A DNA stretch of 31,128 bases, taken from positions 1-31,128 of the IMG/VR virus record IMGVR_UViG_3300030109_005817. One strand, written 5' to 3'. This document shows, in pieces, positions 24,171 to 31,128 of this stretch. A program made the translations under genes and the position numbers. The stretch's first letter is position 1; every line of letters starts with the position of its first letter. The notes beneath the pieces were generated by a model. That model saw nothing but the letters and a program-made list of their open reading frames with translations. It was not told the DNA's origin and did not search any database. The DNA is from a virus. Lineage: Duplodnaviria; Caudoviricetes.

Positions 24171-25700
24171 GTGAATCTCAAAGAAATCCGCGAAGAAATC
24201 AATTCCGCGTTGGACTACAACCCTGATTTGAAGCAATACAGCGACAATATTGCTCGTGTAGTCAACCGTCACTACCTTCAGATATCGAGCCAGTACCAAT
24301 GGCTGTTCATGCAAAATCGCAACCTGTTGCAGCTTCGCGCAGATATCACCGGAGACAGTGCCAGCAAGCTGACCGGTGATAATACACACTTGGTCACATT
24401 GCCAAACACTACCGGTGCTGGAATAATCAATTTGCCACCAGATATAGTGGGTAAGACGCTCGTAAACAATGACGATGGTGCCGAATATCGAATCACAGCG
24501 TTTATTGATTCCAGAAGATTTTTTGTTGATGATATTTTTCCGAGCGGTGATTTGACCAATTGGACGATTAAATACAACAAATACCCAATGCCCCGTGATT
24601 GTATTGAAGTGTTGGGCATCATGGATCGCGGTATCACTACAAAAGAAACTTTGAGTTTTTCGAGCGACTCCACCACAACCACAATGACTGCACCGAATGA
24701 AGGCCGGTTCATGTTTTTGGATGCGAGAAAAGAAGAAAACTTGTATCTCGATCGATCCGATACCGGAAATCCGTTCGTTTCTGTTGAAGAAATACACGAT
24801 AATATTCAGTCGCCTGATTATCCTCCAACAATAGTCAATAGAATTAAGGTTGGCGCAAGTAATCTTCCGAGGACTGTTGCCCCATATCGAATCGAGTATT
24901 GCTATACATTCCTCTATGCCGGAATGGAAGGTCCACCGTCTGAGGTCGTTGCTGTTGACTTGAAACCGTCCCAAAAAATAACAGCCGAGCCTTCACTTCT
25001 TGATGTTGTTCTCTTGGGTGTGCCTGGTGGACCCCCCATTATAGAACTTCAACGAATCATGCGAACAATGTCGCATACTTTAAGCGGCAGCGACAATAAC
25101 GGTAGAATGAAAAAGCTGTACCGTAGAATCGTCTTTAGCGATGAATACTTGTCTCATCCAGGGGCTGTTGATTACGTCATGGGTGCTGGAGCCTGGAGAC
25201 ATATCGCAACGCTTGCCTCATTTGAGACTACATATACAGATTATGGTCGTGAAATTACTGGTGCTGAGACAGTGGAAGATCCTTTAGACAGTGGAAGCCC
25301 TGGTGACAGTGCTGTGGATTTGGCTGGTGACACCTTCCGCCTTGACCGACTAAATGAATCTGGACCACGTCAGTATCTGCGTTTTTGGAACACACCAAAA
25401 AGCGATTACATGGTTGAGGTGAGATACCACAAGCGCCCATATCGGCTTGTTAAAGACGCTGATGCACCAGAGTGGCCCCCTCAGTACCACCATTATCTTG
25501 TGTATGCGGCTCTCAGAGACATTTGTATGCAGCACGGTATGCTAAACCATAGTCAGTTGTACGAGGGCCGTGCAGACGAAATATTGGCCGCAATGAAAGC
25601 AAAGTATCTTAGTCGCACCGATCGAATGTATGTACGTCGAGGCTTTGATCGCGCTATGGCAGATCGTGAGCGTTTTGGCATCCCAAGCAAGGCCGAGTAA
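24171..25700 (+). CDS. Head-tail adaptor / tail tubular A-like protein with large insertions
   Basis: GTG start with GGAG (MNLKEIREEI); YPMPRDC and C-terminal VRYHKRP..PEWPPQYHHYLVYAAL adaptor-like motifs. Confidence 0.7.
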   Translation: MNLKEIREEINSALDYNPDLKQYSDNIARVVNRHYLQISSQYQWLFMQNRNLLQLRADITGDSASKLTGDNTHLVTLPNTTGAGIINLPPDIVGKTLVNNDDGAEYRITAFIDSRRFFVDDIFPSGDLTNWTIKYNKYPMPRDCIEVLGIMDRGITTKETLSFSSDSTTTTMTAPNEGRFMFLDARKEENLYLDRSDTGNPFVSVEEIHDNIQSPDYPPTIVNRIKVGASNLPRTVAPYRIEYCYTFLYAGMEGPPSEVVAVDLKPSQKITAEPSLLDVVLLGVPGGPPIIELQRIMRTMSHTLSGSDNNGRMKKLYRRIVFSDEYLSHPGAVDYVMGAGAWRHIATLASFETTYTDYGREITGAETVEDPLDSGSPGDSAVDLAGDTFRLDRLNESGPRQYLRFWNTPKSDYMVEVRYHKRPYRLVKDADAPEWPPQYHHYLVYAALRDICMQHGMLNHSQLYEGRADEILAAMKAKYLSRTDRMYVRRGFDRAMADRERFGIPSKAE

Positions 25701-25703
25701 ACA

Positions 25704-27935
25704 ATGAAGACTCAAACATTTGAAGTAGCCCGCCTACGAGGCATGGACAATCGGTGGAGAGTTTCGGCTGACTCTGCGGCTGTAATCAAAGAAATGTCTT
25801 GGGACAACTACGATGGTTGGAAAACGGCTGGGGCATATGATTGCATCACTTTTAGTGATTACAACTGGTCTTCTCTCGGAACCATTCACTCTATTCATTA
25901 TTTTTCTCGACACAATGGATCAACGCGAGACATAATTTTTGAAGATTCGAATGGTAGGCTTGCTCGAATGAATCCAAGCCAATTTAGGTCTGGGGTGCCG
26001 TATACTGTTCTAAAAGACATAAATAATGTTGAAATCGGTCCTGGTGGAAGGCCAAGGTATGTTCCAAAAACATCAGAGGTAAGCAGCCAAAGCATTACTT
26101 TTGGGGGTCGATTATATTTGGTAAATGGTATTGACGCGCCCACAGTATATGATGGCAGGGTTGTCTCAAGGGCTGGTTTTTTTGATCAACCAGCGAAGCC
26201 GGACGCCAGCGTAGTGTATCGCGCACATCACAATCAATTTGTAGACGATGGCGGCGACTTTGGTGACGACACTCATTTTTTTCTTGGCACTAGAGAAAAG
26301 GGGCAGGGGCTTGGCAGTCTTCGCCCGACAGGTTTTTCAGTAAAGAAAAAAATGGGGAAAACAGCTACAAAGGCTGACGGCGGTCCAACATACGTTGATG
26401 GAAAGCTTTGCGGGTATCAATACAGGGTGACCTTTGTAAACAGCCGTGGCCAAGAAGGCCCAATGTCTGATTCAAGCGATATTTGTAGCTTTGAGTGCGC
26501 GAACGGTAAACGCCGATTTACTCAAATTGTCATACCGATTGGTGGTGAAGATGTCGTAGCGCGAAGGCTGTATAGAACCAGAGATGTTTTTGATGATGAT
26601 GGAAATCCGATCACACCACAGTCTGGTCGTAACTTTCACTTTTTGAAGGAAATTCAAGACAATGAATCTACCGCCATCGAAGACGGGGTGAGCGATTCAA
26701 ATCTTGGGCCATTGACTGATCCAGAAGACTTCGGAATATATCCAACACAGGCAAAGTACATTACCTCATTCAAAAACACGGTGTTCGTGGCGGGAATGCC
26801 CAACAATTTGATTAAATATAGCGCGGAGGGAATGCCGGAAGTTTTTCCAAGAGACAACGTTTTCGATATTGGAGACGCCGAGTCTGGGCAAGTCACCGGC
26901 ATGTACGCATCCACCAACGCTTTGGTGGTGTTTAAGTCTCGGGGGGTCTACCTTATTAAAGGAGATCCGCGCAACGGCTTCTATGCTCAAACTCTCAATC
27001 GCGAAATTGGGTGTGTGGCGCCCAGGTCAATCCAAGATGTGCCTGGAACCGGCCTCGTGTTTCTTTCTCAAGACGGCGTTTTTGTTCTCAAGGGTGCTCT
27101 TGAAAACACAGGTAGCGCTACCTCAATAGTCGAATTGAGCACACCAATTCAAAACCTAACAAAAAAAATTGATTACTCCGGTGCCAGGGCCGCTGTTGGT
27201 GTCATTAATAGGGCCAACAAAGAGTATTTTTTATGTGTTCCAACGCACGGAAAAATAAACAATTTACTTTTAGTTTGGCATTACGAAGTTGGAGCATGGA
27301 GTTTTCGTGAAAATTACCCAATGCAATGTGCCGTTGAAACGAAAGATTCACGGTCTTATTTGTATTTTGGAAGTAACGATTCAAAAAAACCTGGAATAAA
27401 CGTATACAGCAACTTTTTTCGAACCAAGTACTATTATGGATCATCTTCCCCTGCTGCAGATGGTGTAAAAGATCCATTATTGACCTCTACTATAGATGAC
27501 CCACTATACGAAACAAGTCCGTTTTCCTTTGGAAGCCTTTACTCTGGTATACAGGTTGCGTATGTCAACATTTATGCTGTTGCATATGGAAACCAAGAGG
27601 CAAAAATAAACTTTAAGGTAAATAGGTCTGAGTCCCTTTCATTGGATAAAAATAAAGGAATGGTGCAGCAACAGTTAAGTGATCTGTTGCCTGTTTACAA
27701 TGAGGCACGATTTGGTATCGATTCTTGGGGTTTTCATAGACCTGTGGTTTTACGATATGATGTAAGCCACATGCATGAATCATTAACTACTGAATTTTCT
27801 ATTCAATATAAGTTTGATAGCGATAATGTAATTAGAAATAGATTGATGATTGTCGGTTATAGCCTTGAGGCCAAAGTTGGTGAACAACGTAATATACGGA
27901 CACTTACAGATGTTTTAACATCGGATAAAAGGTAA
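25704..27935 (+). CDS. Tail nozzle / tail tubular B (stabilisation) beta-propeller protein
   Basis: 743 aa after the adaptor; LRGMDN start, GRLYLVNG, IKYS..PEVFP, LVVFKSRGVY, IGCVAPRSI and LVFLSQDGVF blades. Confidence 0.75.
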   Translation: MKTQTFEVARLRGMDNRWRVSADSAAVIKEMSWDNYDGWKTAGAYDCITFSDYNWSSLGTIHSIHYFSRHNGSTRDIIFEDSNGRLARMNPSQFRSGVPYTVLKDINNVEIGPGGRPRYVPKTSEVSSQSITFGGRLYLVNGIDAPTVYDGRVVSRAGFFDQPAKPDASVVYRAHHNQFVDDGGDFGDDTHFFLGTREKGQGLGSLRPTGFSVKKKMGKTATKADGGPTYVDGKLCGYQYRVTFVNSRGQEGPMSDSSDICSFECANGKRRFTQIVIPIGGEDVVARRLYRTRDVFDDDGNPITPQSGRNFHFLKEIQDNESTAIEDGVSDSNLGPLTDPEDFGIYPTQAKYITSFKNTVFVAGMPNNLIKYSAEGMPEVFPRDNVFDIGDAESGQVTGMYASTNALVVFKSRGVYLIKGDPRNGFYAQTLNREIGCVAPRSIQDVPGTGLVFLSQDGVFVLKGALENTGSATSIVELSTPIQNLTKKIDYSGARAAVGVINRANKEYFLCVPTHGKINNLLLVWHYEVGAWSFRENYPMQCAVETKDSRSYLYFGSNDSKKPGINVYSNFFRTKYYYGSSSPAADGVKDPLLTSTIDDPLYETSPFSFGSLYSGIQVAYVNIYAVAYGNQEAKINFKVNRSESLSLDKNKGMVQQQLSDLLPVYNEARFGIDSWGFHRPVVLRYDVSHMHESLTTEFSIQYKFDSDNVIRNRLMIVGYSLEAKVGEQRNIRTLTDVLTSDKR

Positions 27936-27937
27936 TA

Positions 27938-29017
27938 ATGGCTATTAAGTTTCCAAAAACTCTAGTTGCTCGTGGTGAAATATTAAACCCAGATGATTTA
28001 ATTGAAAATGCTTCTGAAGTAATAAATGAATTTAACGGTAGTATTGATTCTGATAATTTACAAAACCAACCACTTAAAGAAAGTTATTCAGCCGGTACTT
28101 TTCATCACACAAAAAGTTTTAGACAGCCAAATACTACGCCTTCATCAGTGCCGGGTTCATTTGTCACAGAATTTAATGAATTTAAGTGCCCTCACACAAC
28201 AAGTGCATATGTAAGTCGTGATGACGACAATACGCAGCTTGCCGGGGTTGAAATTGATGCCGAAACAGATGGGTGGGCGATTATCGATTTCAACGCGACA
28301 TTTGTGTGGACTGGCACAGGCATAGTTAATGTTAAAATGGCCCAAGATTTACATATGGCTGGCTTGTATGACGAACACGCTGGTTCTAATAATTATTTAG
28401 TCAGCGGTATTGGTCTTGCCCGCACAGATATGCCTGTTGGTGGATGGATGGGAGTTAGCGGAGAATATAAGGCTAATCTTCATAATCCAAACACTCATGG
28501 TGGAAGGTTTGATACTAAACTACAAGATTCTGTTGGCACAAAAATTCACGGCTTAATCGAACAAAATTTCCCATTGGGCCAGTGGTCTGATGTTCCTGTT
28601 GATTTTTATTGTGTTCAATTTAGAATAATCGTAAATGGGAATCTTGTTGCTGAGTCCGGACCACTCTTCAACGGCAATTGGAGAAACTCTGTTTATCTTT
28701 GTGGCGCTATACCGTTGGTTGCTGGAAAAAACAAAATTGATGCTGAAGTCAGGGCGTACACGGCTGTTGAGTTGAAGACGAGCCGGAACGGCGTAGGGGC
28801 AAGGGACGCTGCCGGGAAGAGAGGTAAATACTTTCCTTTTCAAACCATATCTTCTGATGTTCACCCATCACCGTTGCCCGAGTATAAACCTAAATCGATT
28901 CCACTTGATGAAATAGATGAAAGATTCAACGTTAAAAAAGATCACGACGATTTAGATGCTGGCATTAAGTGTGAAATTTTTGATCGACATTTAATTGTTC
29001 AATACAGGAAAAGATGA
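27938..29017 (+). CDS. Putative tail/virion protein (related trio, 1)
   Basis: Operonic; N-terminal GEILNPDDL..NGSIDSDNL motif shared with the next two genes. Confidence 0.7.
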   Translation: MAIKFPKTLVARGEILNPDDLIENASEVINEFNGSIDSDNLQNQPLKESYSAGTFHHTKSFRQPNTTPSSVPGSFVTEFNEFKCPHTTSAYVSRDDDNTQLAGVEIDAETDGWAIIDFNATFVWTGTGIVNVKMAQDLHMAGLYDEHAGSNNYLVSGIGLARTDMPVGGWMGVSGEYKANLHNPNTHGGRFDTKLQDSVGTKIHGLIEQNFPLGQWSDVPVDFYCVQFRIIVNGNLVAESGPLFNGNWRNSVYLCGAIPLVAGKNKIDAEVRAYTAVELKTSRNGVGARDAAGKRGKYFPFQTISSDVHPSPLPEYKPKSIPLDEIDERFNVKKDHDDLDAGIKCEIFDRHLIVQYRKR

Positions 29018-30009
29018 TGAGCAAATTGAAAGTACCAGATATATCTTCAGGCGATCTTTTAGATGTAGACGAATGGAATGAACATTTTTTTAATCAAATA
29101 CGAGATGACGCCAGAATAGGTTCTGAGAATATTGCAGAAGAGGGAATTAATAAAGGTAAAGTTAGAATCGGGGCTATTCACACTTTAAGCGATGCGCGTT
29201 TTAATATACATTCAGGATCAAAAGAATTTGGTACACCTAGCAGAACAGTTTCAAGTGTTGCTGGGTTTACTACTCCAGCTCATTTTCCAACAAATCATGT
29301 GCCTAATTCGCGAATATCTTATGGTTCTAAATTTTTTAATGATGGTTCACAATTTATAGTTCGAGCGGCTGCTGAAGTTCACATTCGTGATTACGGATCT
29401 AGGACATTCTTTGCAGGCGTGCCCCCAACCGCTGTTCTCTCGCTGTTTGTAACCACTGATGCATCTCCAAGCTCTCTTAGCGATTGGAGGTATTGCCAAG
29501 GAACAAAACAAGTTTTTTCGTTGGCATTTTCGTCTAAAATCGCCAGCGATTCTGGTGGTAGCTTTTGGATGAATGAGACCATGAAAGAGTTTGATGAGGA
29601 TTGTGATGCAGTAATTGGCAGAAGCATTACAAAAAGGCCTGATTTAATTACGATAAGTCCACATAGTGGAGGTATCCCCAGCGGAACAGACAGTTGGGAT
29701 ACGACTACAAACCCATACATGCTTCTTGATGCACGGTTTTCGTATTCGACTACGTTTCTTTTAAATTTTGTGGACCTGCAGGCGTATGGGCTTGCAGACG
29801 CTATTGCATCGGATGGTAGCGTCGATCAGGTATCTTTTTGTCTTGGCGGTGGCTATAGTCTTCCCGCTTGGTTGTCTGATACACACCCAAGCGCGGGAGA
29901 GGAAGTAGGGTACCCGTTTGACTCATATTCAAGGGGTTGTGGGCAAGTAGAGTACGAGCCCATTATTATCAGAAATACAACCATGTCATTGATAAAAATG
30001 AGAGAATAA
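29014..30009 (+). CDS. Putative tail/virion protein (related trio, 2)
   Basis: ATGA overlap; GDLLDVDEWN..IGSENI motif. Confidence 0.7.
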   Translation: MMSKLKVPDISSGDLLDVDEWNEHFFNQIRDDARIGSENIAEEGINKGKVRIGAIHTLSDARFNIHSGSKEFGTPSRTVSSVAGFTTPAHFPTNHVPNSRISYGSKFFNDGSQFIVRAAAEVHIRDYGSRTFFAGVPPTAVLSLFVTTDASPSSLSDWRYCQGTKQVFSLAFSSKIASDSGGSFWMNETMKEFDEDCDAVIGRSITKRPDLITISPHSGGIPSGTDSWDTTTNPYMLLDARFSYSTTFLLNFVDLQAYGLADAIASDGSVDQVSFCLGGGYSLPAWLSDTHPSAGEEVGYPFDSYSRGCGQVEYEPIIIRNTTMSLIKMRE

Positions 30010-30888
30010 ATGCCTTTTAACCCAGATTTATTTAGAATATTTACACCAGGCGATGCCTTAACTGCAAATGCAGTTAATCTTACAAGTCGTGGCCTATCGG
30101 AAGGTCTTAATGGTAGTCTTACTTCAAATGACTTCGAAGACAGGCCTGGTGCAATCGGAACTTTCGTTGATAACAAAAAGGCTGTTATTAATTCTGCTCA
30201 CATTTATAAGCCAGAGTTTTACGGGTCACCTTCTCCGCATGTTTTAGCTGTATCGTCAGATACTTATTACCGACGAAGAAGCGGAAATAAACTTAATAGA
30301 TACTACCGACATGAAGGCATTGGTAGTCAAACAATGAACCAATTTGATTTTACGAAGGCATTCGAAGACATTTCAGCATGGCAACCCATAGAAGGGTTGT
30401 CGGCCACGGTTCATATCGATGATGTAGGGTACGATCCTACTGTGTTCGTGAGTGCAAGTTTTCATGCTCAAGAAAAAGGCGGCAAGGTGGGTGATCCAAG
30501 AAGCCAGATTCTTAGAGAAGGAAGACAGACTGGCGAAGGCAACAGCAAGGAATCATTGTCCGGTTACTATAGAGCAATCGCGGCAGGCAGGTATGTTGCC
30601 GGGTTTGGATTGTTTGTCGACAAAATGGACGGAAATGGTCCAACGTATATTATCGGCACTCAACGCTGGATTTTCGGCACTGGGGGTGGCCGATATAGAT
30701 GCCGAAGAATGAACCACGCTATCAATGTTATGTTGGGTAATGGGAGTACCGTAGAATATGGTTTGACTCCAGGCGAAAACAAAGTTTCTGTGCGATGTTT
30801 TTATCGGCTTTACGCGCCAGATTCTAAATTTACACGTCATGTTTATGTTGATGCCCGTAATCTTGTAGTTGACGTGATATACAAGTAA
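30010..30888 (+). CDS. Putative tail/virion protein (related trio, 3)
   Basis: Abuts the upstream stop; GDALTANAVN..NGSLTSNDF motif. Confidence 0.7.
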   Translation: MPFNPDLFRIFTPGDALTANAVNLTSRGLSEGLNGSLTSNDFEDRPGAIGTFVDNKKAVINSAHIYKPEFYGSPSPHVLAVSSDTYYRRRSGNKLNRYYRHEGIGSQTMNQFDFTKAFEDISAWQPIEGLSATVHIDDVGYDPTVFVSASFHAQEKGGKVGDPRSQILREGRQTGEGNSKESLSGYYRAIAAGRYVAGFGLFVDKMDGNGPTYIIGTQRWIFGTGGGRYRCRRMNHAINVMLGNGSTVEYGLTPGENKVSVRCFYRLYAPDSKFTRHVYVDARNLVVDVIYK

Positions 30889-30908
30889 TATACAAGTAAG
30901 AGGATTAA

Positions 30909-31128
30909 ATGGCCGTAGATGAAGCCCTTACAGTTGGAGCAAGTACAGCATCAATGGCTGCTGCTGGCGCAGCGTTGGGTCCAGTCGGCGCGGGTGTTGG
31001 CGCGGCTGTAGGGCTGACTCTTGGCCTAATGCAAAACAAGGCCCAAAAAGATGCTGAAAAAGAGGCCAGAAAGAGAGCCAGAAAGCAGCGAGAAAGGGCA
31101 AGAAAGGCTCAAGTTGCTTCAGAAGTTG
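30909..31128 (+). CDS. Probable ejection/internal virion protein, truncated by the window end
   Basis: GAGGA RBS; MAVDEALTVGASTASMAAAGAALGPVGAGVGAAVGLTLGLMQNKAQKDAEKEARKR has a glycine-zipper hydrophobic segment followed by a charged helix, as in podovirus pilot proteins. Confidence 0.65.
   Translation, partial: MAVDEALTVGASTASMAAAGAALGPVGAGVGAAVGLTLGLMQNKAQKDAEKEARKRARKQRERARKAQVASEV

Noticed and set aside
24096-24974. 292 aa antisense ORF, and similar ones at 7142-7750 and 21838-22383
   Set aside because: Overlapping strong sense genes on the opposite strand; typical antisense shadows with no recognisable motifs.
30877-30898. 11 bp tandem duplication ATATACAAGTA spanning a stop codon
   Set aside because: Real but most simply a local slippage duplication; nothing suggests a function or insertion footprint.
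1-31128. Stop-codon reassignment, introns or inteins in core genes, and tRNA genes
   Set aside because: TAA, TAG and TGA all end well-formed genes; terL and capsid are uninterrupted and of normal length; no tRNA cloverleaf was recognised by eye.

Overview
A 31 kb segment of a dsDNA tailed phage with podovirus-like gene order; no host genes, integrase, tRNA or CRISPR array were seen. The left ~3.2 kb is a distinct, GATC-free, mainly leftward-transcribed region: a sigma70-like promoter and boxA-like element, a ~750 nt hairpin-rich untranslated stretch, a GP88-family gene, and C6-7GTGG repeats. From 3228 almost all genes run rightward: unknown ORFs, RusA, two paralogous small beta proteins, a 2120 aa multidomain protein ending in an ART-PolyVal-like ADP-ribosyltransferase, six small genes, ssb, terminase, portal, zinc-ribbon protein, scaffold, major capsid, decoration, adaptor, nozzle, three related tail proteins and a truncated ejection-like protein. 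Best leads: the long structured leader/ncRNA, the sharp GATC boundary, the cassette-like giant protein with DNA-identical linkers, and an E-x-G-N-P motif shared by the giant protein and the small proteins downstream. All family assignments come from motif recognition by eye, not database searches.
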